A model generated the notes under the pieces. It searched no databases. It had not been told where the DNA came from and saw nothing but the letters and a program-made list of their open reading frames with translations. Positions 17,192 to 26,338 of a stretch of 32,000 nt of DNA are shown piece by piece. The position numbers and the translations under genes were made by a program. The first letter of the stretch is position 1, and each line of letters begins with the position of its first letter. The DNA comes from Halalkalibacterium halodurans (GTDB lineage Bacteria; Bacillota; Bacilli; Bacillales; Bacillaceae_D): assembly GCF_004376175.1 (NCBI RefSeq), contig NZ_SNUY01000014.1:30001-62000 (forward strand). The letters run 5' to 3'.

Positions 17192-18121
17192 ATGCAGTTA
17201 ACTCGAGAGCAATTTGATCGCGTGAAAGCGTATGTTATGCGAGAGGCTAGACCGCTCGACAGGCAGTTGTTTCGCTATTATTTTGAAGGTGGGGACAGCG
17301 ATAAAGTGGCGCGCGAGCTCGCAGCTTTCCAAAATGAAGATGGAGGGTTTGGCCACAGTTTAGAGCCTGATTTTCGCTTAATTGCCTCGTCCTCATTAGC
17401 TACGACGGTCGGGATGCAGTATGCTCGTGCGATCGGTTTACCTAGTGAACATCCGATTGTGAAAGGAGCAATTGGTTATTTTCTCAATAAATACGATGAA
17501 AAGAAAAAGAAGTGGCAAATGGTCCCGAAAGAGGTAAACAACGTCCCCCATGCTCCGTGGTGGCATTTTGATGAAAGAAACGATTTCCCGGGTGAACACG
17601 ATTCATGGGCGAACCCAGGGGCAGAAATTGTTGCCTACCTTTACGAACATCGCAGCCTCGTTCCAGCCACTTTTTTAGCGGAAGTAACTGAAAACGCCAT
17701 GCACGCCGCCAGAACTGCGCCACTTGAGATGGAGATCCATGATTTTTATTGCTTTGCTCGTTTATTAGACGTCATTCCTGATCCATATAAGACGGAGTTA
17801 TTCGACAAGCTTAGTTCATCGGTTCGCGTCATAACCGCGCTCGTTCCTTCAGAGTGGGACGATTATGGAGCAAAGCCTTTGCACATCGCACCATCTCCTC
17901 ATTCTCCCTTTGCGCCGTTACTAGAAAAACAAATTGCTGAGAATCTTGATTATGAAATCAAACAGCTAGGAGAGGAGGGATATTGGCAACCTAATTGGTC
18001 TTGGTTCGGTCACTATGAAGACGTTTGGAAACAGGCTGAGATAGAATGGAGAGGCTATTTAACGGTGCACATGCTTAAAGTGTTGCAAAACTATGAAAGA
18101 ATCGAAACTTCGCAAGATTAG
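17192..18121 (+). CDS. Conserved hypothetical protein (309 aa), function unknown
   Basis: The ORF is long, with SD GAAAGGAGA and codon usage like its neighbours. It is rich in W/H/D, with FQNEDGGFGHSLEPD near the N-terminus. No motif I can assign securely. Confidence 0.5.
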   Translation: MQLTREQFDRVKAYVMREARPLDRQLFRYYFEGGDSDKVARELAAFQNEDGGFGHSLEPDFRLIASSSLATTVGMQYARAIGLPSEHPIVKGAIGYFLNKYDEKKKKWQMVPKEVNNVPHAPWWHFDERNDFPGEHDSWANPGAEIVAYLYEHRSLVPATFLAEVTENAMHAARTAPLEMEIHDFYCFARLLDVIPDPYKTELFDKLSSSVRVITALVPSEWDDYGAKPLHIAPSPHSPFAPLLEKQIAENLDYEIKQLGEEGYWQPNWSWFGHYEDVWKQAEIEWRGYLTVHMLKVLQNYERIETSQD

Positions 18122-18150
18122 ATTACTGTAATGATGTTATGTAAACAAAA

Positions 18151-18194
18151 GTGAGGAATTCTCTCTTCTTGAGCGAGAGTTTCTCACTCTTTTA
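18151..18194 (+). terminator. Probable intrinsic terminator after the 309-aa ORF
   Basis: GTGAGGAATTCTC ... GAGAGTTTCTCAC (13-bp stem with 2 mismatches) is followed by TCTTTTA. Confidence 0.45.
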
Positions 18195-18215
18195 TGATCC
18201 TTCACCTTCAAAAAA

Positions 18216-18692
18216 ATGGAAAAGATAGGAGTGATCCGAGTGTTACACTTATTTTTGTACAACTGGGACGTCCGGAGCAAGTGGTTTGACTGGTGTGAAA
18301 ACTTATCGTTTGAACAGTTAACGGCCGAGCGAATAGGAGGAGTAGGCTCAATCTTACAAACGCTCTTTCATATCGTCGATGTGGAGCACAGCTGGATTCG
18401 AGCGATGAAAGGAGAAAAGGATCTGATTTTAGATTACGAATCAATGAAGTCTCTTACATACATTCGCCAACATTCTGAAGCGTGTCAGCCGGAAATCTAT
18501 GAATTTTTACAAACATGGACAGATGAGCAGGAGGAGGATCTAGTTGACCCCCGTTGGCTTGAAGGTACTTATCGAAAAGGCGAGATTCTACGTCATGTGA
18601 TTGCCCACGAAATTCATCATATGGGGCAGCTGTCTGTCTGGGCAAGAGAGCTAGGGCGGGAACCAGTCTCTGCTAATTACATTAATCGGTAA
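18216..18692 (+). CDS. DinB-family metal-dependent protein
   Basis: The 158-aa four-helix DinB pattern has a His triad: LFHIVDVEHSW ... HVIAHEIHHMGQLSVW. Confidence 0.8.
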   Translation: MEKIGVIRVLHLFLYNWDVRSKWFDWCENLSFEQLTAERIGGVGSILQTLFHIVDVEHSWIRAMKGEKDLILDYESMKSLTYIRQHSEACQPEIYEFLQTWTDEQEEDLVDPRWLEGTYRKGEILRHVIAHEIHHMGQLSVWARELGREPVSANYINR

Positions 18693-18834
18693 GGAAGGGG
18701 GCTTGCGGAACAATCTGTGTTTTTTTCGAATAACCGAAACGAAACATTAGCGGGAGCCGTATATGAAGGGGAGACCGATCAAGGAGTTCTATTTGGTCAT
18801 GGATTTGTCTCAAGCGAAAAAAGGAGCCGATAAG

Positions 18835-19281
18835 ATGGGATACATGGAAGATTTACGTAAACGAGTCGGAACAAGGCCGCTTATATTACCAGCATCTGTG
18901 GTCATCATTTTAAATGAACAGGATGAAATTTTACTGCAAAAGCGGCTCAATGGACGATGGGGGTTGCCCGGCGGTTTAATGGAGCTCGGTGAAAGCTTTG
19001 AAGAAACAGCGAAGCGTGAAATACTTGAGGAAACAGGTTTGACAATCAGAAACATCACCTTCCTCGATGTATTTTCCGGTAAAGATTTATACGTTAAAGT
19101 CGATAATGGTGATGAATTTTACGCGGTCACGGCTCTGTTTATGACCCGTGATGTAGCGGGGAGTATTCAAATGGACCCGCGAGAATCGTTGGACCTACAA
19201 TACATAGCACTTGATCAATTCCCGCCAAATGTCACGAGAACAAGCAGGATTTTCCTCGATCGGTTTATGGAGTTAAAATAA
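18835..19281 (+). CDS. Nudix hydrolase
   Basis: Nudix box GLPGGLMELGESFEETAKREILEETGL. I prefer the internal ATG at 18835 (SD AAGGAG, 8-nt spacing) over the ORF-track start at 18763. Confidence 0.85.
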   Translation: MGYMEDLRKRVGTRPLILPASVVIILNEQDEILLQKRLNGRWGLPGGLMELGESFEETAKREILEETGLTIRNITFLDVFSGKDLYVKVDNGDEFYAVTALFMTRDVAGSIQMDPRESLDLQYIALDQFPPNVTRTSRIFLDRFMELK

Positions 19282-19345
19282 CAGGAGCTTTTCCCTGAAC
19301 CGTTTGTGCGATTTCCTTTATCCTACCTCTACCATTTGATCTCAT

Positions 19346-19364
19346 AATATGATAGGATCATATT
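19346..19364. promoter_or_regulatory. Perfect palindrome AATATGAT-AGG-ATCATATT upstream of the PBP gene
   Basis: It is read directly from the sequence, about 45 nt upstream of the PBP start. Function unknown. Confidence 0.25.
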
Positions 19365-19408
19365 GTTGGAAGTTCATTCCTTTCATGAAAATTTGAGGAG
19401 GACTTAAA

Positions 19409-21499
19409 ATGGAGAAAGCTCCGCGGAAAAAGCGTCATCATGTGACGCTTCGATTAAATGTGTTATTTTTTGCAATTTTTATCTTATTTTCCTTACTCAT
19501 TTTGCGCTTAGGTATGGTGCAAATTGTTGAAGGAGACGTCCACAATGCAAACTTGCAACGAACGTCGAATAATGTGGCGCGCATTGACGCCCCGCGCGGT
19601 ATAATGTTTGATCGGTACGGTCATGTCGTTGTGGATAACCGCTTAGAACTGTCACTAACCTACACGTCTCAAGGGAACACTCGTGATATGGAAGAAATGC
19701 TGGATGTGGCTAAAAAGCTAGAAAAAATTATAACGGTTGAAACGGATAAAATTACCGAAAGGGACCGTAAAGATTACTGGCTGCTGACAGCGAGCGAAGA
19801 AGATCGCTACGAGCTCGTTACACTTGAAGAGCGAAAGGATCTGCCACAAAAAGAGGAATACGACCTTGAAATCGAGCGGGTTTCCGATGTGCATTTGCAA
19901 ACATTAACGGAAGAAGATGAACGAATTTTAGCGATTTTCCGTGAGATGAATCAAGGATATGCGATGACTCCGCAACGGATTAAGCGAAACGTCACCGAAG
20001 AAGAAGCCCATATGATCGGGGAAATGCTTGATGAATTACCGGGCGTCGACTTGTTGCGTGACGCCTCTAGAGAATATCCTTACGGTGACTCACTCATGGG
20101 GGTATTCGGGAAGACCGGGCAAATTCCGCGAGAAAAGTTAAACTATTATTTATCGGTCGGTTATGACCGTTCAGACATCGTCGGAACAAGCTATTTAGAA
20201 GAGCAATACGAGGATGTCCTTCGCGGGCAAAAAGCGGAAGTCGAGAGCGTTACAACGATGACGGGTGGACAGGAAGTTGACCGCTTAGTGAATGAACGAT
20301 TAGGCTCCCGGGGCTATGACTTAGTGCTCTCAATCGATATGGAGATGCAGCAACACTTAGAAGAGATCGTGGAAAAGAAGATTTCAAATAGCCGTCATGG
20401 TTTTGTCGATGTCGGCTCAGCCTATGTCGTCATGCTCAATCCGAAAACGGGTGACGTCATCGCCATGACCGGCTATCGTACTGACCGTGGACCGGATCAA
20501 CTCGGAGTTGTGAACGCGGCCTTTGAAATGGGCTCTTCGATTAAAGGAGCGTCTGTATTAACAGGTTATCATACGGGGGTCGTTTCCCCGGGAGAATCGT
20601 TGTACGATACGCCGATTCAATTACCAGGTGCTCCTCCAATGGGCTCCTATACAAATATGGGTTGGGTGAACGGACAAACGGCGTTAGAGCGCTCTTCCAA
20701 CGTTTACATGTTTCGTATCGCCATGGCGCTCGCTGGCTACAATTTAAGTTCTAACTGCTGCTGGAACTTAGAAAAAGGGTATGGCGAAGCACGCTATTAC
20801 TTCGGGCAGTTCGGTTTAGGCGTTGAGACCGGGATTGATCTCCCTTCCGAATACATCGGGGTTAATGGGGGTATTCAACAAGGGGGGAACTTGCTCCACT
20901 TGTTTATCGGGCAGCTCGATACGTACACGACACTACAGCTAGGACAGTACATTGCAACGATTGCCAACGACGGCTACCGGATGCAAACACGGCTCGTCAC
21001 GGAAATTCGTGAGCCGAGCACGGAAATAGGCAGCCCTGGGGCGCTCGTGCAACAGTTTGAACCGCGGGTGTTAAACCGGATCGATATGAGCGAAGCCCAC
21101 ATTCGTGACGTCCAGCAAGGGTTGCGACGGGTCGCAGTTGGAGGTCGAGGAACGGCGAGAGACAAATTTTCTGGAAAGAGCTATCAGCCAGCGTTGAAAA
21201 CAGGAACGGCACAGGTGTCGGTTGTCGTCGGTGAAGGGGACAATCGTAGAGTCGTAAAGGGGAACAATCAAGCATTGGTTGGCTATGCTCCATACGACGA
21301 TCCGGAAGTGGCGTTTGCCATCATCGTACCAAATGCGAGGGTCGATTCAGCACCAGGTGCAGTAAGGGGTATGGCGCAGGATATTGGTAGTGAGATGCTC
21401 GATCAATATTTTAAGCTCAAAGAAGAAAGACGCGGGCCAAAGCTTGCAGATGAACCGTTAGTCAATGATGAAGATGATGAGGAAAATGAAGAAAACTAG
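19409..21499 (+). CDS. Class B penicillin-binding protein (PBP2A/PbpH-type transpeptidase) with acidic C-terminal tail
   Basis: An N-terminal membrane anchor, then SxxK (GSSIKG), SxN (RSSNVY) and KTG (LKTGTA). The tail is NDEDDEENEEN. Confidence 0.9.
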   Translation: MEKAPRKKRHHVTLRLNVLFFAIFILFSLLILRLGMVQIVEGDVHNANLQRTSNNVARIDAPRGIMFDRYGHVVVDNRLELSLTYTSQGNTRDMEEMLDVAKKLEKIITVETDKITERDRKDYWLLTASEEDRYELVTLEERKDLPQKEEYDLEIERVSDVHLQTLTEEDERILAIFREMNQGYAMTPQRIKRNVTEEEAHMIGEMLDELPGVDLLRDASREYPYGDSLMGVFGKTGQIPREKLNYYLSVGYDRSDIVGTSYLEEQYEDVLRGQKAEVESVTTMTGGQEVDRLVNERLGSRGYDLVLSIDMEMQQHLEEIVEKKISNSRHGFVDVGSAYVVMLNPKTGDVIAMTGYRTDRGPDQLGVVNAAFEMGSSIKGASVLTGYHTGVVSPGESLYDTPIQLPGAPPMGSYTNMGWVNGQTALERSSNVYMFRIAMALAGYNLSSNCCWNLEKGYGEARYYFGQFGLGVETGIDLPSEYIGVNGGIQQGGNLLHLFIGQLDTYTTLQLGQYIATIANDGYRMQTRLVTEIREPSTEIGSPGALVQQFEPRVLNRIDMSEAHIRDVQQGLRRVAVGGRGTARDKFSGKSYQPALKTGTAQVSVVVGEGDNRRVVKGNNQALVGYAPYDDPEVAFAIIVPNARVDSAPGAVRGMAQDIGSEMLDQYFKLKEERRGPKLADEPLVNDEDDEENEEN

Positions 21500-21523
21500 T
21501 GATAGAGTTTAACCGATTTTGCC

Positions 21524-21556
21524 AGGCTGTTAGGGGCTTCCTAGCAGCCTTTTTTA
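21524..21556 (+). terminator. Intrinsic terminator after the PBP gene
   Basis: AGGCTGTTAGG-GGCTT-CCTAGCAGCCT is followed by TTTTT. Confidence 0.75.
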
Positions 21557-21811
21557 TCGTTTGTTTTTCTACTAGTGATTCGTTTGTTAACGAATGTCCT
21601 AAACCCCGAAAGGCTCTCCCAGTAAAAAAGACGGAGAGTTATCCGTAAATGTTTCCATTTAACCTCATGTTTACGTTTTTTTAACATCATTTTTTAACCT
21701 GTTTCATAGGATTTTTACAGTCTCGTTGCGAAATAGAGACATAAGCATTTTTGAGCCGGGAAAGGGGGGGAGCAGACGAACGGCTATCAATCTTTTGGGG
21801 GAGAGGTACAA

Positions 21812-23305
21812 TTGAAAAAAGTAGTTGGGTTGATGATGATGATGTTTCTTTTGATAATTCCAGTTGACGCATTTGCAGGGAAATTCGATCCACCAGGGAA
21901 CCCTGGTCATTGGTATGCAGGCGACGACCCGGGGAATATAGACCCTAATAAAGCCCCGATTGTGTTCGTCCATGGTCTCAATAGTTCATCACATACGTGG
22001 TGGGATGGAAACGACATGTACGATACCGCACGAGCCAACGGCTACCAAACGGCCTTCGTGGATTTATACCCTGTGAAGGATATGTGGGACAACGGCTCGA
22101 TGTTAGCCACCATGTTAGAGGAGATTTATCATCACTTCGGTAGAAAGCCTCTCGTATTAGTCACCCATAGCAAAGGGGGGGTTGATTCACAAACAGCTCT
22201 AGTTCATTATGGCGCCCATCCTTATGTTTCCAATGTGATCACCTTGTCGACACCCCATCATGGCTCCCAACTCGCTGATCTAGCTTATAGCAGTTGGGCT
22301 GGTTGGCTAGCAGAAATTATCGGTGGGAGGAATGATGGGACGTATTCATTGCAAACAGGTCATATGGCGTACTATCGTAGCTTAACAGACTCCCACGCGC
22401 ATCATCGCACGAATCCAATTTATACATTAGCCGGTACGAGCTGGGGGAGCTTTGGAGGCTCTCTTTACTGGGGTGGTCTTTATTTAAGTCAGTATGGCCA
22501 AAATGATGGAGCTGTCACAGTCTCATCCTCTCGGTTACCTTATGCAAGGGAACTTGCCGTCAGTAACTGGGATCATTACAACATCAATAATGGTCGCACG
22601 ACTTTTCAACATTTTCGTTCTTATTTGACCCCTAATCGTCATACAGTTTCCACAATGAACGCACAAGCGGAGGTTGATCAACCATTGGCCAGTGCAACAA
22701 TTTTTCGCGGTGGGGAAGAGCAAGGAGAAGTAAAGGAAGTCGTGACGGTTGAGGATGGTGTCCAAACAATTACATTTGATTATTTATCCGATGCACCGTT
22801 GCAAGATGTGACCGTAACGGCTCCTAACGGCGACAAGTATCCTCTCAATCAAGTAGTCGAAGTAGAGGGTGAGTTCGCTGGTGCTTGGCAGCATATAGCA
22901 ACTGTTACGAACCCACAAGTAGGGGAATGGACGGTGACAGCCAAACATGTGAAAACACATCCGTATCTTCTAACGGTTCAGCTAGAGGGAGGCGTAACCG
23001 ATCAGCTTGAGATCGAAATCCCTACGGTGACGAATGAAAAAATTAAAACGAAGGGCGCAAAAATAAATAAGCAAAAGTTGAAATACGATGTTCAAGTTGA
23101 GTATACGAACCCAGCGAATAAAACCGTTACCCAGAAAGTAAAAGCAAGAGTCACGAAGGACGGCGAACTGTATCTTCCGTTAAACAAAGAAGGCTCTTAC
23201 ACGATCACACTCGATGTTTCTGGGGAGACGACGAACAAGGCGCCTTTTGAGCGAACCATTGTCAAAAATGTTTATGTCGATAAAAACGGAAAATTGTTTC
23301 AATAG
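21812..23305 (+). CDS. Secreted alpha/beta-hydrolase (lipase/esterase-like) with about 200-aa C-terminal beta-rich extension
   Basis: TTG start after GGGGGAGAGG. Signal peptide MKKVVGLMMMMFLLIIPVDAFA. Oxyanion-region VFVHGLNSS and nucleophile elbow VTHSKGG (Bacillus-lipase-like xHSxG). Confidence 0.7.
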   Translation: MKKVVGLMMMMFLLIIPVDAFAGKFDPPGNPGHWYAGDDPGNIDPNKAPIVFVHGLNSSSHTWWDGNDMYDTARANGYQTAFVDLYPVKDMWDNGSMLATMLEEIYHHFGRKPLVLVTHSKGGVDSQTALVHYGAHPYVSNVITLSTPHHGSQLADLAYSSWAGWLAEIIGGRNDGTYSLQTGHMAYYRSLTDSHAHHRTNPIYTLAGTSWGSFGGSLYWGGLYLSQYGQNDGAVTVSSSRLPYARELAVSNWDHYNINNGRTTFQHFRSYLTPNRHTVSTMNAQAEVDQPLASATIFRGGEEQGEVKEVVTVEDGVQTITFDYLSDAPLQDVTVTAPNGDKYPLNQVVEVEGEFAGAWQHIATVTNPQVGEWTVTAKHVKTHPYLLTVQLEGGVTDQLEIEIPTVTNEKIKTKGAKINKQKLKYDVQVEYTNPANKTVTQKVKARVTKDGELYLPLNKEGSYTITLDVSGETTNKAPFERTIVKNVYVDKNGKLFQ

Positions 23306-23314
23306 TCTGTATGA

Positions 23315-23346
23315 AAAACGTTGGACTTTTCGTCCAGCGTTTTTTA
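23315..23346 (+). terminator. Intrinsic terminator after the lipase-like gene
   Basis: AAAACGTTGGAC-TTTTC-GTCCAGCGTTTT is followed by a T-run. Confidence 0.75.
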
Positions 23347-23388
23347 CACTTTTAGAAGGTAAAGATTTGAATAGGGAGTTCAAGAGAA

Positions 23389-23949
23389 ATGAGTAAACCA
23401 GTTATGCATGTAAGTTTAGTGATCGGTCCAAATTGTGAAATGGAATCCTACGCGTTGCGCTCAACATTAGAATATTTTGGCGCGAGGGTGAACGTCCATT
23501 GGGTTGGACGGCCAAACGATTTTGTTGATGTATTATCAGGCGTTGATCGGGAGCAGCAAGTAGACTATTTACTGTTAAATTTTCATGGTGATGAGGGAAG
23601 GTTTTGTCTTCCGGTGCTTAGTGAGGACATCTATGAGCCCGGTGAGCCGAAAGGGGAATTTTTCAGTGCCGATGATGTGATTCGGTCTGCAAGTGTAAAA
23701 GGTGTCAAGGTGTTGGCCACTGGTTGCACCCTAGGAGTAGAACGGTTAGCCGAGTCGTTTCTTCAGTGTGGTTGCCCGTCGTTTATAGGTCCTATTGATT
23801 ATATTGATGGCAATGCCAATCTAATGTTTGTGACACGGTTCATGTACGAGCTGATCACGAACGGGAAAAGGGAGCAAGAAGCGTTTACGATCGCGGCTGC
23901 GATGGATCAAGAGACCTCCTTATATAGGCGCTACACGGCTGTGGGATAA
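23389..23949 (+). CDS. Hypothetical 186-aa protein with a His-Gly ... Cys arrangement
   Basis: SD GGGAG upstream. Hydrophobic strand + HG (YLLLNFHGDEG, His66) and hydrophobic strand + C (VKVLATGCTLG, Cys113). No family assignment is possible by eye. Confidence 0.5.
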   Translation: MSKPVMHVSLVIGPNCEMESYALRSTLEYFGARVNVHWVGRPNDFVDVLSGVDREQQVDYLLLNFHGDEGRFCLPVLSEDIYEPGEPKGEFFSADDVIRSASVKGVKVLATGCTLGVERLAESFLQCGCPSFIGPIDYIDGNANLMFVTRFMYELITNGKREQEAFTIAAAMDQETSLYRRYTAVG

Positions 23950-24018
23950 GGCCCCTTTTCGAGCGTCTGTATACTGGTGTTTCACCAAAGGCTAATAAAC
24001 GTAAAGAGACGCGGTAGG

Positions 24019-25446
24019 ATGGGAGAGACTAAAGAAGAGGTGGTAGAATTGCAACCGAGACTGGTGATTGCAGGGACTCATAGTGGAGTCGGGAAAACAA
24101 CTGTTACGTTAGGATTAATGGCGGCATTTGTTGAAAAAGGAAACATCGTCCAAGGGTTTAAATGTGGCCCTGATTATATCGATCCGAGCTACCATCGTGC
24201 GGTGACAAAGCGTGCATCGCGAAATTTAGATAGCTGGATGGTGAGCGAGGACGTCGTGAATGATATTTTTATTGAAGGCTGTAATGGAGCGGATTTGTCG
24301 ATTATTGAAGGAGTCATGGGGTTCTATGATGGCAAAGCCTCCACAAGTGATAAAGGAAGTACAGCGGATATTTCCCTTCTTTTGCAGGCGCCGGTTCTGC
24401 TCGTTGTCGACATTAGTGGGATGGCTCGGAGTGCAGCTGCGGTCGTCAAAGGCTTCCAACAATTAAATGAGAAGGTGAAGATCGCTGGCGTCATTCTCAA
24501 CGGGGCAGGAAGTGAGAGACATGCGGAAATGTGCAGTGAAGCGATTAAGGAAGCGTGTGGAATTCCCGCTTTAGGCTACTTGAAAAAAGGGGACGTTCCA
24601 TCGATCCCAGAACGGCATTTAGGGCTCGTTCCTGCCCTTGAGCGTGGAGAGCATGATTCGCTTTTTTCACAGTTAGCGGCAGTTGTTTCAAGGCAATTTG
24701 ATCTTGAACGAATCGAGCGGCTGGCTTTGGAAACATCTGCCCTTTCAAGGCGAACGAACCTGTTTCAACAAACGAAACGCCCATCAGTTGTGAAAATTGC
24801 GGTCGCTTATGATGCGGCTTTTCATTTTTACTATGAGGAAAATTTCACATTGCTCAGGCAAGCTGGTGCTGAGCTTGTTTATTTTAGCCCCCTTCGCGGT
24901 GAAGATTTGCCGAGTCATTGTGATGGTTTGTATTTAGGCGGCGGCTTTCCAGAAGAGTTTGCAGATGAGCTCTCTCAATGGATAAAAGACCATCCCCAGC
25001 TTAAAAAGCGAGTCCAAAGCGGACTGCCTACATTAGCCGAATGTGGTGGCTATATGTTTTTAGGCGAACAGCTGACCACGACTAAAGGAAAAACAGTTGA
25101 GATGGCTGGTGTCATTCCAATGGTCGTTCAAATGGAGAACAAGCTCGTTTCCCTCGGCTATCGAGATGTAACCCCATTAGACGATTCGTTTTTACTTTCG
25201 AAAGGACAACAAATTCGTGGACATGAGTTCCATTATTCAAAAGCAGTTTACACGGAAACAGAAAGGCCGGCTTATTTTGTGAAAGGATTGTTTGGGGAAG
25301 GGAAGGAAGGCTACATGTCTGATCATTTACTTGCTGGCTACACCCATCTACATTTTGCTTCCGAACCAGCTGTTGCTACGCAATGGGTAAAAGCCTGTGA
25401 GGTGTACAAAAATCGGCGTTTACATAGGGGCCAAGTAAGTCAATAA
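24019..25446 (+). CDS. cbiA: Cobyrinate (or related tetrapyrrole) a,c-diamide synthase, CbiA/CobB family
   Basis: The N-terminal ATP-binding loop is [18 protein letters not shown]. The C-terminal glutamine amidotransferase nucleophile is [11 protein letters not shown], and HEFHYS is present. The start is uncertain (GTG 23977, ATG 24019 or TTG 24049). Confidence 0.85.
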   Translation: MGETKEEVVELQPRLVIAGTHSGVGKTTVTLGLMAAFVEKGNIVQGFKCGPDYIDPSYHRAVTKRASRNLDSWMVSEDVVNDIFIEGCNGADLSIIEGVMGFYDGKASTSDKGSTADISLLLQAPVLLVVDISGMARSAAAVVKGFQQLNEKVKIAGVILNGAGSERHAEMCSEAIKEACGIPALGYLKKGDVPSIPERHLGLVPALERGEHDSLFSQLAAVVSRQFDLERIERLALETSALSRRTNLFQQTKRPSVVKIAVAYDAAFHFYYEENFTLLRQAGAELVYFSPLRGEDLPSHCDGLYLGGGFPEEFADELSQWIKDHPQLKKRVQSGLPTLAECGGYMFLGEQLTTTKGKTVEMAGVIPMVVQMENKLVSLGYRDVTPLDDSFLLSKGQQIRGHEFHYSKAVYTETERPAYFVKGLFGEGKEGYMSDHLLAGYTHLHFASEPAVATQWVKACEVYKNRRLHRGQVSQ

Positions 25447-25573
25447 CGAACTTTACGAGATCAACCGTCCTTTTTTCAGTAAGTTTCTTCCGTCCAATGT
25501 GGATAGATGCCCAAACATTCAGGGCATCAACCTAATAGGATACTAAGGAACATAGGAAAAAGGAGCGAAAAGA

Positions 25574-25873
25574 ATGAGCGAGAATGAACGACATCAAGAA
25601 GAAAACGAGCAGGAAGGAGAAACCTTTCAAGAGCAAGCAACATCGGTTGATCCGTGGAACGAGATCATGTTTGGCGGTACGATGGAAGAACCGGCACCAC
25701 AGACAGAGGAGACTCCAGTCCAAGAACGTTCGAGTGAAGCTGAAGATGAGTGGTATGGGTTTATGTTCGGAAGACGGTCAGAAAATATAGAGCAGGAAGC
25801 TCCCATCCCCGATCCGTGGCTCGGCTTTTTGTTTGGCATGCCGGCTGTTGTAGAAGAGGAACAGGAGGAATAG
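25574..25873 (+). CDS. Small (99 aa) very acidic protein with three D-[PE]-W-x-x-[IF]-[ML]-F-G repeats
   Basis: Strong SD AAAGGAG 8 nt before the ATG, and its own terminator downstream. The repeats are DPWNEIMFG (aa 26-34), DEWYGFMFG (58-66) and DPWLGFLFG (80-88). Confidence 0.6.
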   Translation: MSENERHQEENEQEGETFQEQATSVDPWNEIMFGGTMEEPAPQTEETPVQERSSEAEDEWYGFMFGRRSENIEQEAPIPDPWLGFLFGMPAVVEEEQEE

Positions 25874-25881
25874 CTGACGAG

Positions 25882-25910
25882 AAATCCTTCAGATAACTGG
25901 AGGATTTTTT
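25882..25910 (+). terminator. Intrinsic terminator after the acidic-protein gene
   Basis: AAATCCT ... AGGATTT stem followed by TTTTTT. Confidence 0.6.
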
Positions 25911-25939
25911 CGCATGACGCTAGGACATGAAATTCAGCC

Positions 25940-25968
25940 TTGACATGGGGAAGTTTCCAAACTATGCT
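25940..25968 (+). promoter_or_regulatory. Sigma-A-type promoter for the ABC-F gene
   Basis: TTGACA (25940-25945), a 17-nt spacer, then TATGCT (25963-25968). Confidence 0.5.
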
Positions 25969-25974
25969 ATAAAT

Positions 25975-26338
25975 GTGTGTTGCCTACAGGATGTAGGCCC
26001 TAGCATTGCGTTTTGATCAGCTTACCATTTTGAGAAGCCAATTTTCAAAACGTAACAATGATAAGGAAAGGATCGGTACTTTGCCAATGAAGCAGTAATC
26101 CTACACTTCAGACAATCGTCATAAAAGAACAGATGATTTTGTCTAGATAGGATTAGTCTGCCATTTTTAGGGTACTGGTTCATCCTTTTACGGTTAAGAA
26201 GTGATTGCAGAAGCGCGAGTAAAGACGATTTTGTGCACTATTTAGGCACATGCTCCTTCCGGCGTTTTTTGCGATGATTTAAGGATGTTATTAGCCCGAT
26301 CGGATTAATCCTCTCTAGCAACGCAGGGAGGGTTTTTT
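25975..26338 (+). promoter_or_regulatory. Long structured 5' leader of the ABC-F gene, ending in a terminator-like / SD-sequestering hairpin
   Basis: Hairpins at 25982-25998 (GCCTAC/GTAGGC), 26004-26060 (CATTGCGTTTTGA / TCAAAACG-taa-CAATG) and 26096-26155 (TAATCCTA...AGACAA / TTGTCT...TAGGATTA). CCTCTCT (26310-26316) pairs with AGGGAGG (26325-31), which is the SD, and is followed by G-TTTTTT-ATG. Confidence 0.5.

Noticed and set aside
25584-25839. Alternative ORFs (25584-25790 + and 25627-25839 -) overlapping the acidic repeat protein.
   Set aside because: Only the 25574 frame has a canonical SD at correct spacing and shows the internally repeated motif.
26087-26310. Candidate leader peptides in the ABC-F leader: MKQ* (26087-26098), MILSR* (26133-26150), MLLPAFFAMI* (about 26250-26282), MLLARSD* (about 26285-26308).
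   Set aside because: None has an SD at 6-10 nt spacing. They are retained only as a note inside the leader finding because the regulatory uORF cannot be chosen by eye.
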